64,000 nucleotides of DNA, taken from assembly GCA_965261395.1 (NCBI GenBank), contig OZ253462.1:128001-192000 (forward strand), given 5' to 3'. The notes under the pieces were generated by a model, which was given only the letters and a program-made list of their open reading frames with translations, made no database searches and was not told the origin of the DNA. This stretch comes from Candidatus Latescibacterota bacterium. Its GTDB lineage: Bacteria > Latescibacterota > UBA2968 > UBA8231. The position numbers and the translations under genes are program-made. Numbering within the stretch: the stretch's first letter is position 1; each line of letters opens with the position of its first letter. Shown here in pieces: positions 1 through 8,356 of the stretch.

Positions 1-355
1 ACGCCGTGTGCGGCGAATAGTCGGGCAGGCCCGTAGCGACGCTGATGAGGACGGCCATGAGCAAAAGCGCCACACTGCGGCACACAGCAAGGGCCAACGG
101 CTGGCAACGTACCCTATTCCAACCCCAGAGCAGCAAGAGCATAGGCCAGACGTACGCGGCCAGTCCCATGCTCGCAAAGGCCCCATACGACGTGTACGCG
201 CCGATCCACCCCCCCCAATTCAAACTTTCAGTCATCGACCGGCTCGAATTGGGGGGATCGAGCGGCGAATGAGACATCAAGCAGACGAGCAAAAACGCGC
301 CGAGACCGAGGAAAAGCACCCCTAGCGCTTGGGGTCTCTTCTTGCCTTTTGGCAT
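1..355 (-). CDS. ftsK: DNA translocase FtsK, N-terminal 4TM region (runs off window edge)
   Basis: Not in ORF track. Manual translation from ATG at 355: MPKGKKRPQALGVLFLGLGAFLLVCLMSHSPLDPP...LNWGGWIGAYTSYGAFASMGLAAYVWP; the TM-SxxPxDP-NxGGxxGA pattern is typical of FtsK_4TM. Motor domain not visible. Confidence 0.7.
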   Translation of the reverse strand, partial: MPKGKKRPQALGVLFLGLGAFLLVCLMSHSPLDPPNSSRSMTESLNWGGWIGAYTSYGAFASMGLAAYVWPMLLLLWGWNRVRCQPLALAVCRSVALLLMAVLISVATGLPDYSPHTA

Positions 356-482
356 ATAGTGCAAAAACTCGGACATAGAGGCGCAGACTCCTCTAGTAAG
401 ATTGGAAAGCAATCAGATTGGAGAGGAAGAGGGGGTTACTGAAAAATAAGCAAAAACGCGGTTTTTTGCATCTTGCGGCGCG

Positions 483-2624
483 TCAGATCATGCCACTGCG
501 CTTGCGCCCAAACCACTCAGCGGCCAACAGAGCAATGGCCAAAAGCGCGGGCCATAGCGGCCCCCACAACGGCAGGACCTCGGCCTTCTCGACCCAGCGC
601 TTGCGCGGCGCGAGCTGTTCCAGCATGTCTTCCCAGTCTTCGAGCGGATAGGCGCGGCCGCCACTGGCACGGGCCAGCCCGCCCAAGAGCAACGGGTCGG
701 CGCGCAAATCCCCAAGCTCAATGCTGTACTCTTCAACGACAAAGCGGCCCGTAACCGCGCCCACTGCGGCCTGATCTACTGCGGCCCGGACCTCGTATTC
801 ATACGCGCCGGGGGCCAGCCCACTAGCGACGCCTCGGTAGTACCCGGCTCCTTGTGATTGCAGGTCGAACGCTTCCCGCCCAGCCAGCGCGACCTGCACC
901 GTTGCCCCCGACTGCGGCTTGAGCAACTCGTCGAAGACCTGTACCGCGAAAACCACTTCCTCGCCCGCCCGGTACACGGGTCGCTCGGTCGAGGCGCGGA
1001 CCCGCCCGCCCGGGGCGTCGAGCGCGAGCCACTGGGTGGCATCGCGCCAGAACGTCCGAATGGTCTGCGGCCGGCCATCGACGCCGCTGCTCATTAGGTC
1101 GAGGCGCCAAAAAGACGCAGACAGAGCAGCGATGACCTTGCCCTCGCCATATGTGCCCGCCGCTATGACCGGCTCGCCGCCTAGGCTCTCTACCAGCACA
1201 GTGGTACCCGACCGCTGCTGCGCTGTGCGAAAGTAGCCCGGCAGCGGCGGCAATCGGGGCCACGGATCATCCACGCCCGCGGGCTGGCGCACAATCGGAT
1301 GACGTCGCCCGCCCGCGCTGAGCCGCAACAAGACCTCGTCCGGTACAAAAGGCACTGGGCCGGCCACCTGAAGCGGCATAAGTGCGGCCAGCGGCGAGGC
1401 GGGCCGCCAAGCCCGTGCCATCTTGGGGCCACCGACCACGAGCAAACCGGCACCGGCGTACACGTGCTGGACCAACGCGGCGGCGGGCGGGCCGTTGAGC
1501 AGCCACGCACCCGGATTCACCAGCAGCACCACGTCCCGGTCCTGCAAAACAGCCGGACTCCATGCACCGCCGTAGAACGCGTTCGACTCCCGCTGAATCA
1601 TGGTCTCGACAACCCAACTCGAATCCGCGCTTAAACTGCGGCGTAAAAAGGCCAAATCCTCGCTAGGGCCTCCGGCTAGCAACAACACCCGCGTGCGCCC
1701 TGCAAGAATGTGGGTAAACGCGAGGGCCTCATTGTCAGCCGTCGCGAACTCCCCGGCCACAGGCGCGACGACCACGCGAAAAATGCGTGGCCCAGCCTGC
1801 TGGGGAGTCACCGCAAACGAGACGCGCTGCACTTGTCCATCGCTGTCCAACAGCAAGGATTGTCTCTGGAGCAACCGCTCGCCCTCGTAGAGCTGGACTT
1901 CCACTCGCTGCCCCTCGTACCCCCAACTCCGCACCTCGGCGTCGATTTGCTGGCTTTGACCGACGTATCCGGTCTCAGGCGTGCGCACGTCCACGAGTTG
2001 GACATCAACGGGCACCTCCGCGCGCCCTACGCCGAGCGCGTACACGGACACGCCCAGTTCCGCACTCAGTTGTACCGGGTCGCGGCCCAAGTTGTGGCCC
2101 CCGTCGGAAAATAGGACCACGCCTTGCACGCGCTCCCGTTCGGCGACCGCCTCCAAGCTGGCGACGAGTGCATGGCCTATATCGGTCGCCTGACCGCGAG
2201 TGCTTGCGGCCGCGACTGTATCGAGCGCGAGCGGATGCGCGGACTCGGCAAATCCCCAAGCGCGGACTTCGGCCTGCTGCAAGCGCGCCGACCAACGCTC
2301 GTCGCCCAGCACGGCCACAGCCTGTTGCAGGCGCGTGAAAGGCCCTTCGGCTACCCTCATGCTTGGGCTCGTATCGACCAATACCAGCACCAGCGGCTGG
2401 ATGACCTGCTGGTGCCACCACGTCAAAACCGGCTCGCACAACACCATGACCAGCAAGGCCACGGCCGCGCCGCGCAAAACCACGAGCACTATTCGGAGCT
2501 TGGGCTCAACGTCCGGGTACGTCCGCTGATATACCCAATAAACGAAGGCCAGTAGGAAGGGTAGCAGGACGAGGAATACGCGGGGTCCCGCTAACTGGAG
2601 GTGGCTATCCGACCACTCAGACAC
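483..2624 (-). CDS. Membrane-anchored vWA-domain / glutamine amidotransferase-like fold protein
   Basis: N-terminal TMs, MIDAS-like DTSPSM and SDGGHN, Ig-like middle part, GAGLLVVGG GATase-like region, C-terminal 'EWFGRKRSG' TM motif. Confidence 0.75.
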   Translation of the reverse strand: MSEWSDSHLQLAGPRVFLVLLPFLLAFVYWVYQRTYPDVEPKLRIVLVVLRGAAVALLVMVLCEPVLTWWHQQVIQPLVLVLVDTSPSMRVAEGPFTRLQQAVAVLGDERWSARLQQAEVRAWGFAESAHPLALDTVAAASTRGQATDIGHALVASLEAVAERERVQGVVLFSDGGHNLGRDPVQLSAELGVSVYALGVGRAEVPVDVQLVDVRTPETGYVGQSQQIDAEVRSWGYEGQRVEVQLYEGERLLQRQSLLLDSDGQVQRVSFAVTPQQAGPRIFRVVVAPVAGEFATADNEALAFTHILAGRTRVLLLAGGPSEDLAFLRRSLSADSSWVVETMIQRESNAFYGGAWSPAVLQDRDVVLLVNPGAWLLNGPPAAALVQHVYAGAGLLVVGGPKMARAWRPASPLAALMPLQVAGPVPFVPDEVLLRLSAGGRRHPIVRQPAGVDDPWPRLPPLPGYFRTAQQRSGTTVLVESLGGEPVIAAGTYGEGKVIAALSASFWRLDLMSSGVDGRPQTIRTFWRDATQWLALDAPGGRVRASTERPVYRAGEEVVFAVQVFDELLKPQSGATVQVALAGREAFDLQSQGAGYYRGVASGLAPGAYEYEVRAAVDQAAVGAVTGRFVVEEYSIELGDLRADPLLLGGLARASGGRAYPLEDWEDMLEQLAPRKRWVEKAEVLPLWGPLWPALLAIALLAAEWFGRKRSGMI

Positions 2625-3627
2625 GCCAGCTCAGGCGGGGGGCGGCGTCCACATCGAGACCATCGCGGACGCCGCGGCTGAGGTAAAAGGCCCCGACGGC
2701 CCCCACCATGGCGGCATTATCCGTACACAAATCGTACGCCGGGCAATGGAACGACAAACCTCGGCACTCGACCTCGGCGCGCAGGCGCTGGCGCAGACGC
2801 TGGTTGGCGGCAACGCCGCCTGCGAGGCATACGGTCGCAACGTCTGCTCGCTCCAAGGCCAACAGGGTCTTGGTGACTAAGGCATCCACCACGGCTTCTT
2901 GGAAGCTGGCGGCAATATGGGCGAGCTGCTGCGTGCGCGCGGGCGGGGAAAGCGAGCGCACGTAGTGCAACACCGAGGTTTTGAGGCCGCTGAAGCTGAA
3001 GTCCAGCTCGCCCACGAGCGCGCGGGGAAAGTCAATGGCTGCGGGATCGCCGTCCGCAGCCAGTTCGGCGATGAGCCGTCCGCCAGCCACGGCCCCCTCC
3101 CCAGGCAGCAGGCCCAGCAGCTTGGCGACCTTGTCAAATGCCTCGCCGGCCGCGTCGTCGCGCGTGCGGCCCAGCACCTCGTAGGAGCCGAGCTCGCGCA
3201 CCAAGATCAGCTCGCTGTGCCCGCCCGACACCAGCAGCGTCAGAAAGGGGACCTCGACCTGCGCGGCGACCAAGTTGGAAAACACGTGGGCCTCTAAGTG
3301 GTGGACGCCGATCAGCGGCTTGTTGCGCGCCAACGCCAACCCCTTGGCCAGCGACAGCCCCACGATCAACGACCCGACCAAGCCCGGCCCCCGCGTCGCC
3401 GCTACTCCATCCACTTCTTCCCAACCAATGCCCGCACTCGCCAGGGCCTGCCGCACGACCGGCACCAACGCACGCATATGGGCGCGCGAGGCCAACTCGG
3501 GCACCACGCCGCCGTATGGCGCGTGATCTTGTTGCGAAAAGATGATATTGGAATGCACAACGTACGACTCATCGACGACCGCCGCGGCCGTCTCATCGCA
3601 GGAGGTCTCCAGCCCCAGCACCAACAT
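2617..3627 (-). CDS. tsaD: tRNA N6-threonylcarbamoyltransferase TsaD
   Basis: LGLETSCDET, GGVVPELASRAH, HHLEAH, LVSGGHS, DDAAGEAFDK, GGVAAN, CTDNAAM motifs. Confidence 0.97.
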   Translation of the reverse strand: MLVLGLETSCDETAAAVVDESYVVHSNIIFSQQDHAPYGGVVPELASRAHMRALVPVVRQALASAGIGWEEVDGVAATRGPGLVGSLIVGLSLAKGLALARNKPLIGVHHLEAHVFSNLVAAQVEVPFLTLLVSGGHSELILVRELGSYEVLGRTRDDAAGEAFDKVAKLLGLLPGEGAVAGGRLIAELAADGDPAAIDFPRALVGELDFSFSGLKTSVLHYVRSLSPPARTQQLAHIAASFQEAVVDALVTKTLLALERADVATVCLAGGVAANQRLRQRLRAEVECRGLSFHCPAYDLCTDNAAMVGAVGAFYLSRGVRDGLDVDAAPRLSWRV

Positions 3628-3628
3628 C

Positions 3629-4591
3629 CTAATAGCTCACCAAATCGACGTAGGCCGGCTCGATTTGGCGCACCTCAAAAAGCGCTGTTTCCGCGCTGTG
3701 CACCGGCAGTGTACTCCCCTGATATTCGGCGTAATCCACGTATAGCTCGATGTCGCGAGTTGGATCCAGCCCGGTGATCACGCTGACCCCGCCGCGCACC
3801 TTGACCTGGGCGGTGGCTGGCTCGGGCCGCAGACGCGACGCGCCGGCATGGCGCACGGCAATCGGCACTCCGATTAAATCGTCTTCGGCCAACATCTGCA
3901 CGGCCGCGCGCAGGCGCACGGCCCCAGGCACAAACGCCAGTTGCATGCGCTCGGGGTGCCGCAAGGACTGCTCCACGTCCACGTCTTCTGTAACATCCTG
4001 CAAGACCAGCGAATCCGTCTCCACATAACGCAATGCAGCGACCTGCTGCCGGGGGCCGATCACCCGGACGAACGCGGGATCGGCTTGCAGCGGCGTCACC
4101 TGTACGTGGGCCGCGGCCACGGCTAACTTCGCCTGCACCCGCACCGGCACAGCACGTTCCAGCCTCGGCGCTAGGGTGATTGCTAGCTCTTTTGGTTCGA
4201 GGATTTCCTTGACTTCAACATCCAAGTCGGTCGCCCGTTTGGTGATTTGGGAAGGAGTCAGGCTGTGGATCCGATACCGACCTTCGGCCCGCAGCTTCAA
4301 GATGAAGGAGTCGTCGTCCAAGTCAAACAGCAGGTCCTTGCCCCCTCCCGTGACCAAGACGCGGACCGTGGGAGGCACCTCACTGGCCAGCACCAGATCC
4401 CCTTCCGCGCCCTCGCCCGGTGGCGGCACTTCGACCCGGAGGCGCACTGCAATTTCCTTATCGTAGTACTTCTCTGTAACCGCGTGCAGCCACAGCGCAA
4501 AAGATAGGACCAGTGCTCCAGCCCTGATTCCCCAACTGCTTATACTGATGTTGGCCAACAAGGGACCCCATAAGCAGAAGAGGCTCCGCAA
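3629..4591 (-). CDS. CdaR/YbbR-like domain protein
   Basis: N-terminal TM (ALVLSFALWLHA) followed by repeated YbbR-like modules (PxxVxVxG); exact start uncertain. Confidence 0.75.
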   Translation of the reverse strand: MRSLFCLWGPLLANISISSWGIRAGALVLSFALWLHAVTEKYYDKEIAVRLRVEVPPPGEGAEGDLVLASEVPPTVRVLVTGGGKDLLFDLDDDSFILKLRAEGRYRIHSLTPSQITKRATDLDVEVKEILEPKELAITLAPRLERAVPVRVQAKLAVAAAHVQVTPLQADPAFVRVIGPRQQVAALRYVETDSLVLQDVTEDVDVEQSLRHPERMQLAFVPGAVRLRAAVQMLAEDDLIGVPIAVRHAGASRLRPEPATAQVKVRGGVSVITGLDPTRDIELYVDYAEYQGSTLPVHSAETALFEVRQIEPAYVDLVSY

Positions 4592-4652
4592 AAGGGGGCC
4601 TCTTCTGGTGATCTACTGCTTTTACCGCGTGCCAAAGGCGAAGACGGGACCG

Positions 4653-4847
4653 TTACTTAAACGACTTCTTGAGCTCTTCGCCGATACTCAACTCGCCGTT
4701 GTCTATTCTCATGTGGTATCCGCAACTTGGATTCGTGCAGACCCAGGCCTTGTAGTGAATGGCCGCGCCGTCCCTGCCATAGTCGGAAAGCGGAATTAAA
4801 ACGCCTTCTTTGCACTTCAAACAATCGGGAAATTCAACCTTTTCCAT
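4653..4847 (-). CDS. Small Cys-rich zinc-ribbon-like protein (64 aa)
   Basis: MEKVEFPDCLKCKEG...WVCTNPSCGY with CxxC and CxxxxC; GGGAGG-like RBS before ATG 4847. Confidence 0.75.
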   Translation of the reverse strand: MEKVEFPDCLKCKEGVLIPLSDYGRDGAAIHYKAWVCTNPSCGYHMRIDNGELSIGEELKKSFK

Positions 4848-4924
4848 CCGACCCTCCCTTCCGGTTTTAGCGTGCAGCCGCTCGGCCACGCTTCCATTCA
4901 ATGTACTCGCGCCGCCCTCCTATG

Positions 4925-5413
4925 TCAATCACAACGGGGGCGTCGCGTTTTTGCAAGATGCGCGGCATATTCATATACGGCCCGCTCTTGGGCGGCTGTC
5001 TCCACCGAGCCGGGGCGCAGACTCCGCACCTGGGTCAGGGCGTCCGCCGCGCTGCTGCCCTGACGCACCAAATAACTCGCCAACATCGTACCCGTGCGCC
5101 CCAATCCCGCGCTGCAATGGACCATCACGGGCCGTCCCTGCTCGACTGCCTCATCGACGAATTGGACAAACGCCCGTATATCCCCGAGCGCCGGCGGCTG
5201 CATATCCTGAATGGGCAAGTGCAAATACGCCATGTCGCGCGCCTCCACTTCGCGCACTTGCAGGGCGTTGGCGGTCAGCGACACAATCGCCTTGACGCCC
5301 TGCGCCGCCAGCAAATCGAGATCGCCCTCCAGCCGCTCCATTCCTTCCCAACCGCCAATCTGCCCAGCACCTGCCAACCGCCCTGCTAATAGCCAACCAA
5401 AATTGAACACCAT
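4925..5413 (-). CDS. Dual-specificity / tyrosine protein phosphatase family
   Basis: Catalytic HCSAGLGRTG (HCX5R), IQDMQPP loop, RPGSVE; start moved to MVFNFGW to avoid overlap with moaE. Confidence 0.9.
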   Translation of the reverse strand: MVFNFGWLLAGRLAGAGQIGGWEGMERLEGDLDLLAAQGVKAIVSLTANALQVREVEARDMAYLHLPIQDMQPPALGDIRAFVQFVDEAVEQGRPVMVHCSAGLGRTGTMLASYLVRQGSSAADALTQVRSLRPGSVETAAQERAVYEYAAHLAKTRRPRCD

Positions 5414-5414
5414 C

Positions 5415-5855
5415 CTAGCGGCCTTCGCCGGCTGCCTGTGGCCCTTCAACCCAGCTCTCCCCCCCGACCCCCACTTCCTTCTTCCAGATCGGCACGATCT
5501 GCTTGAGTCGATCAATGGCGTACTGACACGCAGCCAACGCCTCGGCCCGATGCGGGCTAGCAACGGCAATTAACACGCTAATTTCGCCGATTTCGAGCTG
5601 GCCCACGCGGTGAATCATCGCCACATCCGCGACGCCCCACCGCGCCTTCAGCTCGTCGCCAATCTCGGCCATCTTGTTCTCGGCCATCGCCGGATACGCT
5701 TCGTACACCAAGTACTCGGTTTGCCGGTCCCCGGAGTGATTGCGCACCACGCCGGCAAACGTGGCCACCGCGCCATTTTCAGCGCGCAGCACGTCGGCAA
5801 ACAAAGCGCCGGGTTCAATTGGGTCTTCGGTAATTTTGAACACGTCAGCCCCCAC
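5415..5855 (-). CDS. moaE: Molybdopterin synthase catalytic subunit
   Basis: GAVATFAGVVR, YEAYPAMA, HRVGQL, SPHRAEA, PIWKKE. Confidence 0.96.
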   Translation of the reverse strand: MGADVFKITEDPIEPGALFADVLRAENGAVATFAGVVRNHSGDRQTEYLVYEAYPAMAENKMAEIGDELKARWGVADVAMIHRVGQLEIGEISVLIAVASPHRAEALAACQYAIDRLKQIVPIWKKEVGVGGESWVEGPQAAGEGR

Positions 5856-6102
5856 TTACAGGCGGAATAAGCGCCACCTCGTCGCCTGCTTTTAACACGG
5901 TATGCTTCCCCGTGTACTCGGCATTGACCGCAATCGACAACACCTGCTGTACCGCGGCCAGTTGCGGATACGCGGCCACCAGCTCGCGCTGCAAATCCGC
6001 GACCCGGTAGCCTTCGGCAATCTCCCAATCGCAGCTTTTGTGGCCGACGGCATCGCGGCAGGAAGCAAAAAATAAAACCTTTATTTTCATATCCAAGCGC
6101 AA
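5845..6102 (-). CDS. moaD: Molybdopterin synthase sulfur carrier
   Basis: IKVLFFA start and GDEVALIPPVSGG C-terminus; adjacent to moaE. Confidence 0.95.
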   Translation of the reverse strand: MRLDMKIKVLFFASCRDAVGHKSCDWEIAEGYRVADLQRELVAAYPQLAAVQQVLSIAVNAEYTGKHTVLKAGDEVALIPPVSGG

Positions 6103-6134
6103 TAACGCCGCGACCTTGCGACGGGTCGCGGCGA

Positions 6135-6170
6135 CAAAAAGGAAATGGGACCCTTTTGAGGCCCCATTTC
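6135..6170 (-). terminator. Intrinsic terminator after the 682-aa secreted protein gene
   Basis: Minus strand GAAATGGGGCC-TCAAAAG-GGTCCCATTTC followed by CTTTTT. Confidence 0.7.
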
Positions 6171-6205
6171 ACAAACTAATTACTACTGTTTTTCCGCTGA
6201 GGAAC

Positions 6206-8254
6206 CTACCTGAGCAACACCATCTTGCGCTTAGCTACGTAGTCGCCGGCATGGAGCAAGTAAAAATACATGCCGCTGGCGACGCTAGCGCCGCTTTCGC
6301 TCCGGCCATCCCACACGGCTTGGTACTGACCTGCGGCCAGCGACTCGCCGTCAACCAGCTTGCGCACGACCTGACCCGCGATGTTGTAAATCGTCAGCGA
6401 GACGACAGCTTCGCTGCTCAGATCGTAGGGGATCGTCGTTTCCGGATTGAAAGGGTTGGGATAGTTTTGACTCAGCGAATTGGCCAACGGCCGGGCAGCT
6501 AGCGGCTTGGCCGCAGCCCAAGCCGCGCTGAAGTCAATCGTCAAGTCGAGGGTCTTGCCGGCAGCATTCTCCGTGGCAGTGCCCGCCGTAATGCTGAGGA
6601 AAGACACGAGCTCGGCGTCAACCTCAATCGACGAATTGCCGTCAGCATCGGTCGTATTGCGCACGAACGCGCTACCATGAGGGGGAATCGTGCCGATACC
6701 GAGCACGGACACCGACTCCGCGCTCCGGTTGTACACGTCCCACAAGATGGTCTGACCCTCGCCCGGATTGCCCCAGAGATCGGTGAAATTGACCGAGTAC
6801 TGGATCTCGCCGGGACTGCCGTCGTCAACCGCGCCCACGTCGGCCCCAGAAATCAACGCGTTGCCAACCAGCCGCGCGGTAGCGACTAGCACTGGATCCG
6901 GCCGGTTGAGGTACATGCTGCGACTCAACAACTCGGCATCCAAGTAATCGCGCACGCCGGACGACGGGCCGAGGGATACCTGGTGGACCACAATCTCCGC
7001 CTCGGTCTCCTCGGTAAAGTTGTCCGAGGTGACGAGGATGAAGCTCCCTATATGGGCATCGCCATCTACGGCATCGCTAATAACGACTGCGCCACCTCGC
7101 ACCTGATTCCCGGAGACTTCCACGCCCGGACCCGCCAGCCTAAACGCAGCAGAACCCGTAAACGTGGTTTTCTCTAGATCGAAGGCATCGGCGGGCGACA
7201 CCGTCACGGTGGCCTCAATCTGCTTCACGCCGGCTAGCCCGGCCGCCGACAGCACGACTGGGATTTTAGTACCCGGACCCGCGACTAGCTCGTTGAGGGC
7301 CTTGTCGTCGCTATTGAGGGAAACCTGCGAGACGAACATCAACTTGTCGGGATCTGGCACCGCCCAAGTGGCGTTGAAGTCAACCGCCAAGTCGATGGAA
7401 TCACCGACCGGATTTACAGCGGTCGTGCGCGCCCGAACGTCGAGCGAAGTCGCCGCGGCCTTTAAGTTGCCTTCGGAGTCGAACTGAACCACCGCATTGC
7501 CGGCGTCATCGGTCGCATTCCGCAGGCATACGTACACGCCGGAGGGCACCTCGCCGACACCGAGCAGATAGACCGACCGAGAACCCACATTCGTGATGTC
7601 CCAAGCAATGACTTGGCCCTTGGCCGGGGCACCATCATCGGTGAAATTGACCGAGAACTCGATCTCGCCGGGGCTGCCGTCCGCGGCCGCACCTGTGCCG
7701 ACCGAGGAATAGGCCGGGTTAAAGTCGAGCGGTGAGGTCGGCAACATATTCGGCGGAGGCACGGCCCAGTTGACGACAAACAGTCCCTCGGCACCAAGGA
7801 CATCCCGGTCCACAGATGACGACCCTATGGACACGCTGCTCACCACAAGCTCGGCCGGGGACTCCCTGCTAAAACTACTCGACATCGTGAGGGTAAAAAC
7901 ACCCAAAGCACCATCGCCATCTACCGCCTCGCCGAGAGTGGCCGCACCGCTTTTGATCTGCCCGTCTCCTAACAATTCCACACCGGGCGAAAAACCAAAA
8001 GCAGAGGTAAAGGTCGTCGCCTCCAGATCGAAGGCATCCGCGGGCAATACCGTCAGGATAACTTCAAACTGCTTTACCCCGACCATTCCAGCGGCCGACA
8101 GTGGCACCTGCACTTGTTCACCAGCACCGGCGGCGGCATGTTCCCCATCCAGCGAAATGACGACACTTGCGTTGTCCCCGGCGACAGCGGCACCACAGAG
8201 TGCGAGCAACAGGGCGATGGCAAGAGGAAACGTCTTGCGCACGCTGTTCTGCAT
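6206..8254 (-). CDS. Secreted protein with duplicated cohesin-like + Ig-like modules and C-terminal FlgD-Ig-type domain
   Basis: Signal peptide; internal duplication (SAAGMVGVKQFEV..PADAFDL / SAAGLAGVKQIEA..PADAFDL; DGSPGEI..SVNFTD twice); C-terminus QNYPNPFNPETT...WDG...ASGMYFY...KMVLLR. Confidence 0.8.
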   Translation of the reverse strand: MQNSVRKTFPLAIALLLALCGAAVAGDNASVVISLDGEHAAAGAGEQVQVPLSAAGMVGVKQFEVILTVLPADAFDLEATTFTSAFGFSPGVELLGDGQIKSGAATLGEAVDGDGALGVFTLTMSSSFSRESPAELVVSSVSIGSSSVDRDVLGAEGLFVVNWAVPPPNMLPTSPLDFNPAYSSVGTGAAADGSPGEIEFSVNFTDDGAPAKGQVIAWDITNVGSRSVYLLGVGEVPSGVYVCLRNATDDAGNAVVQFDSEGNLKAAATSLDVRARTTAVNPVGDSIDLAVDFNATWAVPDPDKLMFVSQVSLNSDDKALNELVAGPGTKIPVVLSAAGLAGVKQIEATVTVSPADAFDLEKTTFTGSAAFRLAGPGVEVSGNQVRGGAVVISDAVDGDAHIGSFILVTSDNFTEETEAEIVVHQVSLGPSSGVRDYLDAELLSRSMYLNRPDPVLVATARLVGNALISGADVGAVDDGSPGEIQYSVNFTDLWGNPGEGQTILWDVYNRSAESVSVLGIGTIPPHGSAFVRNTTDADGNSSIEVDAELVSFLSITAGTATENAAGKTLDLTIDFSAAWAAAKPLAARPLANSLSQNYPNPFNPETTIPYDLSSEAVVSLTIYNIAGQVVRKLVDGESLAAGQYQAVWDGRSESGASVASGMYFYLLHAGDYVAKRKMVLLR

Positions 8255-8290
8255 GGTTGCTTCTCCTTCTATTTATAAACCTGTTTTATA

Positions 8291-8336
8291 TAGTGAAATG
8301 GGACCCCAATTTGAGGTTTGAGGTCCCATTTCACTA
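8291..8336. other. 15-bp perfect inverted repeat between the two secreted-protein genes
   Basis: TAGTGAAATGGGACC (8291-8305) / GGTCCCATTTCACTA (8322-8336); no U-tract on the minus strand. Confidence 0.75.
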
Positions 8337-8356
8337 ACTCGCTGTACAGTGGGTGC

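Noticed and set aside
5415-6102. MoaD as part of the ubiquitination system
   Set aside because: Canonical moaD-moaE pair about 50 kb away; ordinary molybdopterin biosynthesis.
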